This document shows positions 25,026-38,249 of a DNA stretch of 64,000 nt, piece by piece (position 1 is the first letter of the stretch; each line of letters opens with the position of its first letter). Below the pieces are notes generated by a model that saw nothing but the letters and a program-made list of their open reading frames with translations, was not told where the DNA came from and searched no databases. A program made the position numbers and the translations under genes. The DNA is from Octopus vulgaris. Its lineage: Eukaryota. Location of the stretch: contig OX597821.1 of NCBI GenBank assembly GCA_951406725.2, positions 56,048,001 to 56,112,000 on the forward strand, given 5' to 3'.

Positions 25026-26117
25026 TGCATATATGGGTACAGGACATCATCAACTGTAAATAACGTGAAGTACGAAAGCTAACACGTTAAATACGCAAAC
25101 AAAATGAAAATATAGAAAATAGGACAAGTAACACAAAGAATGACCCTTCATCAGTTGTTGGCTGTCTATCTAATCCTTATTTTGAGCATTCAACTACAGT
25201 ATAAGTTTTCGAAGACAGTTACTCCCGTAAATTCCAACATAAAATTTTGGATTTATGGAGGGTCAAAGTAGGGAATTTAATTGAACGTTACGCATCCATT
25301 TCCAAGTAAGTTTATCTTAACCTTTTTGATGCAACTCCACTCTATACTGTTTTCTCCCCCATTCTTCTCTAATGCCCTTTTCTCCTCTTCGTCTTTTTCT
25401 ATCTGTCTCTCTGTCTCTCTCTCTTTCTCTTTTTCGCTCTCCCGTTGCTCACACGTGACCATCGTTCACCTTTATTTTCCGCTCGTTGTTTGCATATTAT
25501 GCATCGTAGTCGCTGCAATTTCCTCAAGAGTCCACCACTTACAACGCTTCCAAGTGAATTAATTCAAACAAGCTACCATGCGTTGGTATTCAGTTGAAGG
25601 TTATAGCGTTACTTTTTAAATCAAATTGAATTCTGGTCTTATAATCACGTCTACTGGTATTACGGTTGAAATGTGGTTTTAAAATGTCTACTTATATTAC
25701 AATCAATTGTATCAGTTTTGTTTACGTTTTTCTCTATGAAGTACATTATTTATTCAGAGGTATTTTACTTATTTTGAGTTTATGTTCTCAATCAATATTA
25801 TTGTTATTGATATTATAATTATATTTATTAGTATTATTTGCATAAATATCATTAATGATCACAATCGTTATTTTAACTAGTATAATTACTATAGATGGTA
25901 AGTTACGTTTCTTTAAACCGTTTAACTGTATATTTAATCCAGTGTGGGCATCCCATAGCTTGTTCCTGTCTAGTTTTTATAAAAGTAAATTTAGAAGTGA
26001 AAGTTTGGTACATTTCTTTCACACAAGAGTCACATCTGTTATAGTCTATTCTATAAGGTTTTGCTTCACTAATTATTTCTCAAGCAATCGAAAATACTTT
26101 GTTACTACAATACACAC

Positions 26118-26173
<56 letters not shown>

Positions 26174-26919
26174 GAATGGATGGATGGATAAATGGTGGGT
26201 GGATGGCTGGATAAATGTGTGAGTGTGTGTGTGTATGAGTGTGTGCATGTGTGCATGGATGGATGCATGGATGACTACAAAATGGTTGAATGGTCGAGGA
26301 GATTGCTTGATTGAGTGTCGTTTTGTTACAGTTTTGAGTTCAACCGTACTTTGTGAGTGAAATTTGGTGTGCAGAAATTGCTTAGAAACCCATCAGATGG
26401 ATTGTATCTGTAATTCAAAGATTTAACTTTGCTACACACTGTGTCAACCTAAATCTGGCTGAGAATCATGTTAAGGCTATATGTTCAATTACTTATACTT
26501 TAGTACATGATCGAACAACTGAATATTCATCATTGAAACCAACGATGAGCCATCTTATATATGAGTAGTGTACATATGTAGATGTTAGTACGATTCATTG
26601 CAAAACATTGTGGGTGTATCGGTGGTTTTAAATAAAGCCAGGTTATCGTATAACCATGGATATGTTTTACGTATTCTCCGTTCATGTGAATTATATATGC
26701 CAGGTTAAAAGTATTTTAGATGCAATAGGATAAAGCCTGGGTAAAATGGACAAGAAAATCGTGTAGATGGCGGCATCTCCATAGGGAGTAACTGTGATTA
26801 GGGTTTACTGGAAGAAATTTATTTATGTAGAAAAATAATATAAAAACATTATTAAAACTTGAGATGAAGTAATACCGTGGAAGGTTAGAGGCAGAGAAAA
26901 GTCTTTTGAGGAAACGTTG

Positions 26920-27230
26920 TGACAGAGCAGTTTGTCCAACAACATTTGTCCAGAAAGCTAAAAACTAGCTGGAATCAGTAATCAGAAAACTAACTGAAAT
27001 ATTCTCGTACGAAACTTGGCTGATTCCAAAATTAACAGCAAAACGTTTGCCCAAGGGCCTATTATCTATGGAAAAACAAGCATTTATTTCCGATTGGTCT
27101 GACTCGATGAAAATCTGATGCGTGGTCATCCACGTATGCAAGTATTCGTTCAATAATTTGTGAATTCCCAGTAACCGAAAATTGAAATAAACATGCAAAT
27201 TTATCTAGCTGTGCTTTGCTTCCTTTCGTT
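26920..27230 (-). mobile_element. Possible MULE-like transposase relic
   Basis: ORF 26965..27198 IFIESDQSEINA...FAVNFGISQ loosely resembles the MULE ..DFE..+NA...C.FH..Q region. Confidence 0.2.
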
Positions 27231-28138
27231 ACATAAAGGTAGTTATTAGTTGTTTTGTTTTTGAAAAGTCACAGAGTTCAAGCAAGGTAAACATTCAAAC
27301 ATTATGACTTTTATTTCGTTCTCAAGTGTATTAGTTAAATGAACCACTTATAACCGAGATTAGAAACTGGAACTGTACAGCAGAGCCACGAGATGCTTGT
27401 TTCGACTCACAACTGAAAGGTCAACGTTAAGAAAACTTTCTAATAATGGATTGCTTCAGTCTAATGTCAAAAGGAATGTTATCGTACGTCTCAATCGTTT
27501 CTAAGTCCACTTACTATTTCAGTCCATGCACTATTTTAGTCTAAAACAAAAGAATTCTTTATCGTTCATTTTTTACCTTCTTTGCAAAGTCTACCTCTCT
27601 GATATAACACTTACCCTTTCTTTCTCTCTTTCTCGCCCTCTCTAATTCTCATCCTACACCTCTCTTTAATTCTCATAAATTCTCTCTCTTTTTCAAATTG
27701 CATCTTTACACTGATTCAGTATCATAGTTCTTTATTTTTTTTAAATATGCAAACGCATTAACACCCACACAAACAATCATAAACACACTCACACACGCAC
27801 ACTTGTGTACATGGATACAAATAAATGTGTGGTGTGCCTATGTATGCGTATGTGTGCACACTTAGCTATGTTTCACGTATGCTCCTGTGCTAGCAGTTTT
27901 ATACCAATATGCGTATCGGTACATGTGTGTTTCTGTATACGTCTATGTATGTATGTACGTTTCTTCTATTTTTTAATTATCATAAACATTCCACTGAGGA
28001 GGGAGACGGTTTCCAACAAATATACAAGGCTCCATCTTGGGATGTAGTTAACACTGACAAATTCATATTTGTTCACCAGATATTTTGTGGCAATATATGC
28101 ATATATGTATGTTTATGTATATATATATATATATATAT

Positions 28139-28208
<70 letters not shown>

Positions 28209-28334
28209 CGCAGATGAGGTCCAGAGATTCTGCGTTTAGAAGATAGTGCTGCTTCATACGTATTTTGTACTTGATGTTTGATTATTTAATATATTTGATG
28301 TGTTTAAATTGTTTATCTGCATAATTGTCTTTTT

Positions 28335-28467
<133 letters not shown>

Positions 28468-28472
28468 TCACA

Positions 28473-29298
28473 TAAATTGTATTATAAACACATGAGAAGG
28501 ATGACCACTATGTGAACAACCCTAATGCTAGAAGTAGATCCGCTATGGTCTTACCACTAAGAAATGTTCTCAAAAAAATTTAGCAAACACCAGAACGTAA
28601 GCGAGCAAGAGAAATGAAAAGTAACAAAAATATAGATTAATCATAAACAATGTTTCACTATCAACAGATAACGTAATTTTACTTACGCAATTTGTCCGTA
28701 GATCTTCAGTATGATCGTCCATACAAATATAATTTGCAAAGCTATAAACTAGACGTCCGCACGGGGTCGGACATGTATCTAGTTCTACCTATTACACTTG
28801 CGGTTATTTTTCAAAAGTCCTCGATTTGGCGCGCTAAATTACCGGAAATAATACTGCATAAAATAATTCACTGCAGTAGCTTTTGCCGGTTAGAGAACGT
28901 ATTAATTTAAAATCAAAATTAAAATGAGGGTGAAAAATTAGATATTATTTTGATTAATATCAATTGAAAACCAGTGGTCTAACATTAAAAACTGAAGGTT
29001 CAGTAAATTGTATTACATACATAATTGTATTACATACATAAATTGTATTACATACATATGTCCACTATGTGGACAACCCTAATGCTAGAAGCAGATCCAC
29101 TTATGACCTGTTTATGATTAATCTATATTTTTGATACTTTTCCTGTTTCTTGCTCGCTTACATTCTGGTGTTTGCTAAATTTTCTTGAGAACATTTCTTA
29201 GTGGTAAGACCATAGCGGATCTACTTCTAGCATTAGAATTGTCCACATGGTGGTCATCCCTCTCATATGTATGTAATACAATTTACTGAACCTTCAGA
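28473..29298. repeat. Fold-back repeat: ~175-bp arms 28473-28649 / 29109-29285 plus a direct partial copy 28992-29098
   Basis: aatgctagaagtagatccgctatggtcttaccactaagaaatgttctcaa vs its reverse complement at ~29185-29235; flanked by (TA)n. Confidence 0.85.
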
Positions 29299-29549
29299 TT
29301 TTATATATATATAATAATGTTCCAGCAAAAATGAGAATCATAATTGTCACTACATATGAATACGGCGAAAAAGCAAATGCTGAAAATTCTTAATACTGAC
29401 ATCAATTTTGATGAAACATTCAAACTGCAGTTTATATTAATTTTATGAATACACATTAGCGAATCGCTAAATCATCCATTAATTTGGATAACGGAAACAT
29501 ATATACTAATTGACAAGCAAGTTTAAAAGGAACTGAATTTTCGAGTCAG

Positions 29550-29600
29550 TCTTAACTGATGAGACAACGGAAATTGCCGAAACTGATGTCAGCATAAAGA
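29550..29600 (+). ncRNA. Minimal type-I hammerhead ribozyme motif, slightly decayed
   Basis: tcttaa-CTGATGA-gacaa cggaaa ttgcc-GAAA-ctga tg tcag-CA-taaaga; intact core boxes, U16.1 changed to C. Confidence 0.6.
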
Positions 29601-30603
29601 ATTCTCAATCGGCATTTTTCGGACGATTAAGATCCCTGTTAGTGTATATGTTTACATTTATGTGTGTTAACTATAGCATTAGAGCATTTTAACTCTTATT
29701 TCTAGCAATGCAGGTGTTTCCTAACACCCTAGTCAAATTTAACGACAATTATAATTTTCCTTTTTCAGTGAAACATTGCAAACTACTGTTTATATTAATT
29801 TTATATATGTACATATGTGTCTGTACATATGTGTATATGTGTGTGTGTGAGTATGTATGTGTGTGTATGTGTGTGTGTGTGTGTGTGTTTGTGACGCAGA
29901 GACACATACAGGTATACATACAAGCCAGTTTAAATGTAAGTATATATTTAGTGGCAAAACAATGAAACTTTTTGTGTTTGTGAAAGTGTGTATGTGCGTG
30001 TGTGTGCACGTGCATGTGTTTGCATAAGTGTATTTATTTATGTGTGTGCGTGTGTATCACTTCGAGTGACTAAAAGATAAAGGTATTGAATGTGCCAGAG
30101 ATAAACAACTGGTCATTGTTGAAGTTGAATGTACAGACAGGATCTCTCTCAGTGTGTGTGTGTGTATGTGCACGCACACACACACACACACGTATATAAA
30201 GTTGGAGAGAGAGAGTTATGTTTACACATTGAATACATCTGGGTATATGTATATGGAGTCTTCACGCGCGAATGTGCCTAAATGTGGTTCTTTTGTTTAT
30301 CAACGTTTGAGCGAAATGGTGGTGTTGTTTACTATTCGTCTTGACATTTCGGCCGTTTGATCTGCCGTTTAGTGATTAAAAAGAAGGCCTTTACTTGGAA
30401 TCGACTGGCAGTTGGCCACAAGAAAACATCCTACCTCAAAATTTCTACTTTAGAATCAATTCCTGTCTAAACTATGGAAAACCGTACGAATATATATATA
30501 TTCGCATGCATATATATATTCACATATACCGGAGTAAGCACATAAATGTGAAACAAGGTGGAAACAAATTGAAAAAAGAGTACTCAAATACCAGAGTTAG
30601 AGT

Positions 30604-30757
30604 AATATACTTTATTAAACGCAACAGAAATATCACAAAAACTGTTACTCAGAGTTTCACGTTCTGTTCGTTCAGACAAAACTGTCCGACGAATGGGAAC
30701 GTGAAACTCTGAATAACAGCTTTTGTGATAATTCTGCTGCTTTTAATAAAGTATATT
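30604..30757. ncRNA. Palindromic element carrying two head-to-head hammerhead motifs (+ 30681-30720, - 30641-30678)
   Basis: +: actgt-CCGACGA-atg ggaa cgt-GAAA-ctc t gaa-TA-acagc; -: tgt-CTGAACGA-ac agaac gt-GAAA-ctc t gag-TA-acagt; arms aatatactttattaaa / tttaataaagtatatt. Confidence 0.7.
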
Positions 30758-30774
30758 CATACACACATATATAT

Positions 30775-30930
30775 AAACTTCTTTCAGTTTCCGTCTACCA
30801 AATCCACTCGCAAGGCTTTGGTCGGCCCGAGTAGAAGACACTTGCCCAAGGTACCACGCAATGGGAGTGAACCCGGAACCATGTGGTTGGGAAGCAAGCT
30901 TCTTTCTTACCACACAGACACGCCTGCGCA
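30775..30930 (-). mobile_element. SINE family B 5' half
   Basis: cttctttcagtttccgtctaccaaatccactc...gacacttgcccaaggtaccacgc. Confidence 0.85.
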
Positions 30931-31029
30931 TACTAACAGTATGATCTACCTACATTCAAAATTATTACTCCCCCATAAACCCCACTATTCTAAATAGTGC
31001 GCTCATTTTTGCTAAGAACTTTACTAAGA

Positions 31030-31720
31030 TAATTAAGAAGGAAATCAACGTAATGCTCACGGCCCGTAAGTCCATTGTTGAATTTGATAATAAACTGTGA
31101 GCTAGGAAGGACAGACCTGCTTTCTTTGATATATCTATGGGTCTCCAGACTCAGCGGAGGGAACTGATCTTGCGGGAAGATACCTACTGGACAATATCAC
31201 TAAGGAATTCGCTGAATTTGGAGCAGGGGGTCTGTATAATTAAAAACACCTCTAATACACGCGTAGAACTACTTAACGTCAGTATAATTCTTCAATAGAT
31301 TCGGCATTTCTGTCACTATAGAAAATGAAAATTACTCTATCAATTACCCAGGCGTTAATTGCAATTTAAATACAGGTTTACACCAATCTTACATGAAACC
31401 TAACTCTAACTTAATGTATATAAACTATCAAAGTAATCATCCACAATCTATAAAAGGAGATCTAATAAAGTGCATCAGTAAAAGAATTTCGTATCTCTCT
31501 TCTAATGAGGACTAGTCATAAAGATAAGTACGATAAAGCACTTAAAGATGCAGGCATAATTAAAAATATCCCACATGTGAATGCAACGAACAGAAATAAT
31601 ATTGACAACATTAAATACAGAACATAGAAATAAACCTAAACTAAGTAATAAGGCACAGAAAACAATAGCGTGTTTGCTTCCAATGCGATCCCAGGCCACG
31701 CACATTCTCGCTGCAAAGTT
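31030..31720 (+). mobile_element. Penelope-like element RT fragment, decayed
   Basis: FDISMG/SPDSAE; NLMYIN/YQSNHPQSIKGDLIKCISKRISYLSSNED (YIN..SNHP motif of the PLE RT thumb). Confidence 0.7.
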
Positions 31721-31769
31721 TGAGGAAGACCATGAGAGGAGAGGTACGAAAAGTTTACTTATTTTTAAT

Positions 31770-32250
31770 CTCCTGTGAGGGATGAAGGTAAATCCTCCCT
31801 CTCCAGTGTGACCTGTGCAGCATCCTTCATTAAATTAAGGTACAAATGTTTTTGGAAAGCCAGCTGAAGGGGTCCAACATCGTTAGGGAAGTTCTCTTTT
31901 AATTCAATGTATGAATGATTGTCTATGTGGATGAATTGGGTGTGGTTGGGCATTTGTGGGTGTGAGGTAAGAGTTTTGAATGGGGTGATGAGGGGATTCT
32001 TGCGTGTGTGTTCAACTAGTAGTGTGTTGTTGGTATTGATGTCTGTGAGGTTGATGACAGTATCTGACGGTATTGGTGCCGATGATTGTGATTCTTGTGT
32101 GAGTGCGTATGTGCAGGAGGATGTGTATCTGTAGTGTGAACGGGTGTTGGGGAAGTGCTTTTTCTTTTGCCTTTTTTCTTTACGACTTCCCTCCATTTGC
32201 GATCGGTCGCGTTCGTGGTGTGGTCTTCCATGGTAGTTTGCATGTCCTTA
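31770..32250 (-). mobile_element. Non-LTR retrotransposon 3' coding relic (I/Jockey-group-like)
   Basis: ORF 31765..32196, 143 aa, with ...HYRYTSSCTYALTQESQSS..P..NTNNT, resembling the post-RT region of I-group LINEs. Confidence 0.4.
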
Positions 32251-32264
32251 ATTATGATGTCGTA

Positions 32265-32586
32265 GTGAGGGCGCGTGGCTTAGTGGTTAGGGCATTCGGC
32301 TCATGATCGTAAGGTTGTGAGTTCGATTCCCGGCGACGCGTTGTGTCCTTGAGCAAGACACTTTATTTCACGTTGCTCCAGTCCACTCAGCTGGCAAAAA
32401 TGAGTTGTACTTGTATTTCAAAGGGTCAGCCTTGTCACTCTCTGTGTCACGCTGATTATCCCCGAGAACTACGTTAAGGGTACACGTGTCTGTGGAATGC
32501 TCAGCCATTTGCACGTTAATTTCACGAGCAAGCTGTTCCGTTGATCGGATCAACCGGGACCCTCGTCGTCGTAACCGGCGGAGTCT
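32265..32586 (+). mobile_element. tRNA-derived SINE family C, young full-length copy
   Basis: A box tggcttagtggttag, B box gagttcgattccc, CORE-like tgtgtccttgagcaagacacttt, 3' end cctcgtcgtcgtaaccggcggag. Confidence 0.9.
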
Positions 32587-32639
32587 TTAGAAAGAAGTTA
32601 TGATGTCACTGGTGGGATTTTCGTTTGTCGATCTCTTTA

Positions 32640-33300
32640 CTCCCTTGCCCGTCCTTATCCCTTTCATAGGCGTCAACCACACGACCTCTTTTGCTATAGC
32701 CACCAAACAGAGAAAAGCTGTCTGCGTTTCCTTATTGAAGGAAGGCAGCGGAAAAATCTTAATGATGGATTCAGCTGACAACTGTGCTCTTTTCATACGC
32801 CACAGCAGCTGTTCAAAATAAGCCCATAGATTAGAAATCAGCAAGCACTACGATCGCGTGTAGAACAGTTTCATTGCTCTGCTCGCATCTCGGATATGTC
32901 CGTGTGGCTGCACTTTTATGCCTAAAGAATTTATCTCGATCAAACAGTGTTGCTTGGTAGCACTGCTAGCGCAGAGATTTCTGGTATTTGACCATAAACC
33001 CCGGCTCGAAAGTCCCTCGGAATAGTCTGGTTAGTTGGCCGTCATCGAAATTTAGGGTCTCCCCGAGAACATCATCGCACTTGCCGACCACTAACCCTCT
33101 ATAGAAAAGTGAGGTGGAACTCCCGCCTCACGCGTTGCCCATTTGGCAGAGAAGCATGAGGGCTTGACTGCACTCTGCTTGCCAAGCACCCAACCTAGGT
33201 CTGCACTTGATCCTAGAGTTCAGTTCGCTAAAAGATGGGAACTCTGGGAAGACCAGTTTCGTTCGGTAAGAAATTGCTGGAGAGTCCGACGGGAGAGTCC
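32640..33300 (-). mobile_element. L1/Tx1-like LINE 3' coding relic
   Basis: Minus strand QCYQATLFDRDK...ATRTYPRCEQSNETV and FLCLVAIAKEVVWLT (zf-RVT and C-terminal motif). Confidence 0.65.
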
Positions 33301-33389
33301 GTTATACATACTCATATACATACATACAGACACAAACACACACACACACATACATACACACATATAAATATATATATATATATATATGT

Positions 33390-33720
33390 TCTTTTATTCT
33401 TTCATTTGTTTCAGTCAGTTGACTGCGGCCATGCTGGAGCAACGCCTTTAGTCAAACAAATCGACCCCAAACTTATTCTCTGTAAGAATAGAGGCGATAG
33501 TGGGAGGCCAAGCACAGACACACAAACACACACCCACACACGCACAGTTTTATAGATGTACGACGGGCTTCTTTCAGTTTTCGTCTATCCATTCCACTCA
33601 CAAGGCGTTGGTTGACTGAGACTGTAGTAGAAAGCAGTTGCCCAAGGTGCTACGCAGTGGGACTGAACCCAGAATTATTTGCCTGGGAAGGAAGCTTTTT
33701 GCCGCACATCCACGCGTGCA

Positions 33721-33722
<2 letters not shown>
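33390..33722 (-). mobile_element. SINE family B, internally deleted
   Basis: tttcagtcagttgactgcggccatgctgg; cccaaggtgctacgcagtgggactgaaccc. Confidence 0.8.
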
Positions 33723-33765
<43 letters not shown>

Positions 33766-34686
33766 TCGCTTTTATACATACTCGCTTTATCTACTACAAT
33801 AATTTGTCACCATAGTTACTGGAAACTTCATAGTTTAAAATTATTTCTAATCTTCATTAGAATTTTCGTGGCTACGTCTTCGAGCAGCTATACAGTTTTG
33901 TTATCACATGTGCTGAGTATTTTTTCCGAGATCCCTCGCGCGTTGAAGGCCATTGGCTTCAATGACCACATCCGTTTTCTGACAGATCTATTTTTAAAAT
34001 CCTGTAGAGTGTCCGCAACACCCTCTTCACCTAACAAGAAAGGTGGTGGATGGTAGGCGGTTTAGTCGCCGACCATCCAACTATGAAACATGTAGCACTG
34101 GTTTACATAGTACTAGTAGAAAGATTTTCCCTACCTGACCGTCATAATAATGAATAGCATAAGATAAAACCAGCATATATAAGAGGGCATTTGTCTTTCA
34201 AGATTCACCAGATATATGCACATGTACGTGCAGGCCTTTATAAATCCATTTTTAGGAAGACTGGCATTGATCAATCATTTAAGTCTTTCCTCTCCATTTT
34301 ACTGGTGTTTAACCAAAGGAAAGGCTACATAGTTTGGCATTAGTGTCGTTGCTATGATTTGTTTTCGCCCTCGAAATGATGAAATGTAAAGTTTATAGCA
34401 GCGGGACTTGAACGCCAAGAGGTAGAACAAACACAACGGATTATTCTGTCCAACTCTCTGAATGTAGAAGATATTCAAAATTGATTACACATTTTGATTG
34501 TGTGATGAAACAAATTGCTAAAACTCATTCGAAAAGTCCTTTGTTTGAAACGAACTTCTTAAAACAAACTCCTTAAAAGGAAAAACCGAAACGTGGTGGA
34601 AGAAGAGGTGGGAATAAGTAGGAAATACAATAAATGTCTAACGTATGCAGATAAAATTGCGTTTGTAAGGTGAAACAGGTTCGTAA

Positions 34687-34911
34687 GGCGACGAGCTGGC
34701 AGAAACATTAGCACGCCGGGCGAAATGTTTTTCGGTATTTCGTCTGCCGCTATGTTCAAATTCCGCCGAGGTCGACTTTGCTTTTCATCCTCTCGGGATC
34801 GATTAAATAAGTACCAGTTACACATTGGGGTCGATATAATCGACTTAATCCGTTTGTCTGTCCTTGTTTGACCCCTCTGTGTGTAGCCCCTTGTGGGCAG
34901 TAAAGAAATAC
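34687..34911 (+). mobile_element. SINE family A monomer with the alternative tail, 15-bp TSD
   Basis: TSD gaaacaggttcgtaa at 34672-34686 and 34912-34926. Confidence 0.9.
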
Positions 34912-35182
34912 GAAACAGGTTCGTAATTTCATCGAACTTATGAAATTAAGTATACATATGATTAAATTGTGACCAGGTAAATTGCAACAGTAGTATACAA
35001 TCGCGTAAATAAAAACGATAATTATAAAAAGCATATAAATCCATACTAGTGCGAATAGGGAAACCCGAGTACATCAAAATTGTAGAGTTATATGTTTTGA
35101 AGCAAGCATGCGTGAGTCTGAATTTGAAACAAAGTCTATTTAATAACTCAGGATATATAGAAAATATGTATATCAATGTAAA

Positions 35183-35230
<48 letters not shown>

Positions 35231-35260
35231 ATATATCAATCTATCTCTCCCTCTCTCTCT

Positions 35261-35345
<85 letters not shown>

Positions 35346-35388
35346 AACACACACACATATATATATAGTTCGTTTTTCTGTGTCGAAG

Positions 35389-35660
35389 TATTTTTTTGTG
35401 TCTGGGGAGAGTCAGTTTGTCTTATGCCTTATAAACTAATACACTCACCGGTTCGATTTCCACTCAATTTATTTATGCCTTTCTTTCTCCCAGAATTTTC
35501 GTTGTTTCTTGCAACCTTCTCAGTAGTTTTCGACTCTTTCCATTATCGGAGTTGTGATCCTTTAGTTTGTTTGGGAGCATGTGGAAATCGAACCGGTGAG
35601 TGTGTTGGTTAATAAATAAGGCGTAAAGACAAAATGTCTATCTCCAGATACAACAAAATA
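35389..35660. repeat. Fold-back repeat with ~75-bp imperfect arms (23-bp perfect core)
   Basis: acactcaccggttcgatttccac (35441-63) vs gtggaaatcgaaccggtgagtgt (35581-603); lies between TA/CA and TG microsatellites. Confidence 0.8.
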
Positions 35661-35715
35661 TAGGAGTGTGCGTGTGTGCGCGTGTGTGCGTGTGTGCGTG
35701 TGTGTGTGTGTGTGT

Positions 35716-36073
35716 GTGGAGGCGCAATGGCCCAGTGGTTAGGGTATAGGATCGCGGTTTCGATTCGCAGACCGGGCGTTGTGAATGTTTATTGAGCGAA
35801 AACACTTAAGGCTCCACGAAGCTTCGGTAAGGGGTGGTGGCAAACCCTGCTGTACTCTTTCACCACAACTTTCTCTCACTCTTTCTTCCTGTTTCTGTTG
35901 TACCTGTATTTCAAAGGGCCAGCCTTGTCACACTCTGTGTCACGCTGAATTTCCCCGAGAACTACGTCAACGGTACACGTGTCTGTAGAATGCTCAGTCG
36001 TTAATTTACCGAGCAGGCTTTTTCGTTGATCTGATCAACTCGAACCTTCGTCATCGTAACTGACGGACCTCCG
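35716..36073 (+). mobile_element. tRNA-derived SINE with family C 3' half
   Basis: tggcccagtggttaggg...ggtttcgattcgcagacc; agccttgtcacactctgtgtcacgctg; followed by (TATAG)n at 36076-36165. Confidence 0.85.
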
Positions 36074-36187
36074 TAGTATAGTATAGTATAGTATAGTATA
36101 GTATAGTATAGTATAATATAGTATAGTACAGTATAGCAGGGTATAGTATAGTATAGCATAGTATATATATATATTACACTCACACAT

Positions 36188-37028
36188 ACGGGTTAAAATT
36201 GACGACTTTCATGTTTTCTTATTTCAAGAACAGCTTCATGATTTGGTAAACAGGGAAAAGCTTTGAAGAGCATAAAAATTAAAGTTGTGATTGAGAAAAT
36301 GTTAGCTGACATGGAGGACTGTAAGCCATCTGAATATTGGAAAAGAATTACCTGTTTCATGGTGATTCTTTGTCGGGTGTCAAAATGCCGGCATCAAAAC
36401 TGCTGTTCAATGCTGTGACATGAATATGTGTCCGCGTATCATAAAAATTCCCCCAAACCGTGATGCCCTTTGGCTGAGTCTCCAGTGAGGGGGACATTAT
36501 GCCGCCCCCACCTGTTTGATCATGGCCTTAAGCTCTTAATTCGGACAGCTATGTAAAGCTTCTGAAGACTGTGATCAAGTTTTGGATGGGGAGAGTTGTT
36601 GCTGCTGCTGCTGGTGGTGGTGGTGGTGGGGGGGGCATACATGTAGTAGCATGATCAGCTCAGTGCCAAACCTACGGAAAGAATCAGAAGTTGTCAGAGA
36701 GAATTTTTACGACTTCCGCCAATTGTAATCCCAAGGATTTACTATATGTGAAGCACGGTTGAGAAAGACACCAACTGCTCTGCGTACAACACCAAAATCA
36801 AGGTGTTCCAAGATCTTCGCAGGGTTACGGTGAGGTATGCATGCCTTAGTTTCTGGAGCCATCTTCAGGCCGTGGTGGGAGATAAGGGCAACTACTTGGA
36901 ATAAACTGTTATCTTCCAGACATAATCTGATTGATATTCTTTCATGAAAAAAAAAAAAAAACATTTATTTTTGGCTGGAATATTGTGTTAGCTTTTCTTT
37001 TCATGCAAACTGTCAAATTTAGCCCCAA
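36188..37028 (+). mobile_element. Internally deleted Tc1/mariner-superfamily element
   Basis: Imperfect TIRs cgggttaaaattgacgactttcatg / catgcaaactgtcaaatttagcccc; internal VSSEGDIMPP, YVKLLKTVIK.W remnants. Confidence 0.6.
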
Positions 37029-38249
37029 CAATTAAGAGTTTCCTTTTTTATTTTCTGATATTAGATTTGAAGACAACAAATAGATGAGCTGTCCAAAGGC
37101 ACACAATGAAGTCAGACTAATGTTACTGTTATAAATTAATGAATCATATAATGAATCACAATATTTTTGGTATGTTAACAATGAAATACAATTTCACAAC
37201 TCAAATTTAAACCTTGAGAATGCTGAGACTACATTATCTTCAAATAAGCACCTTTTCGGATAGACACAAATGACAGCAAATCTTCAACAAAATGCTGCAA
37301 TCCCGTTATGGTAGTACTCCATCATAAACATGTAAGTGATTTTAAACTTACGTGGTCTTCTTTCTCAAAAGTTGTTGCAAACTTTCTCTCGGTGTTTGTA
37401 CTGAAAATCTCTGCTGATACATTTTGGTTCAATCAATCTAATGTAATATTTCGCTGTCACTCAGGTGTAGATATGTTCAGTACTCTATTTCGCCAAGCAA
37501 TTTCACTCAGGAAGGGAATTATAATTGATAGTTTGAAGTAAATACAAAATTTCAGCTTATCGTGGAAGAAAGTCGTTTAAAATTGTAATTTCTGGTGGAC
37601 TGTTGCTATATTCGTTTTCGCATTTCATCTAAAAGCAAGATTATATCACAAAATTGTACGCATTCTATTCCTGCGCTTTGGGACATTAAACCTAAGTAGA
37701 TAGCGCATCTTTTCAGAGAGGCTGTTGTTCAAGAGGGATGTTCCGAGAAGCACTAATAAATGTGGTTGTGATAAAGACACTATGTGTCTACGAATGTTAA
37801 GGCTTAAGTTAGGGAACATGCTACTTGATTGGATAGAAGTCTTATTTATGTAAAACGATTGCTCATTAAGTTTACGATAAGAATTAAACGTATTTCTACC
37901 AAGCTACTTTCTGTTGTATAAATTTCTACTATAAATGTCTACTATAGTTACATTAGTGTCAGGTAATTCCATTGCTGCCAATAAAAATTTAAAATTATCT
38001 ATTTAATTTTTGTATGGCTGCACGTAATATTGCTCAATAATAGGAACCCATAGATATATATGATCTAGGCCTTTTGCATATAAGCTCTTGCTGATATTTT
38101 GTGAAGACGATGGTCTCTATATAAGGAGAAATATAAGTGGATATGAGCTAGATAGATCTTTCTTAAATCTATCTAGCTCATTATGCATTAATGATCTGAC
38201 CTCCTTTTGTTAGTTGTCCACCAAACTCAAGCCGCAATCCTAAGCACAG

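Noticed and set aside
25140-25160. Minus-strand CTGATGAAGGG hammerhead-like start
   Set aside because: No closing stem II plus GAAA and UH found at a suitable distance
27995-28020. CTGAGGA followed by hairpin ggagac-g-gtttcc
   Set aside because: Followed by aacaaa rather than GAAA, with no stem I/III partner
32265-32340. tRNA-like sequence (also 3566-3640, 35716-35775)
   Set aside because: A and B boxes run straight into SINE bodies, with no proper acceptor stem or terminator; these are SINE heads
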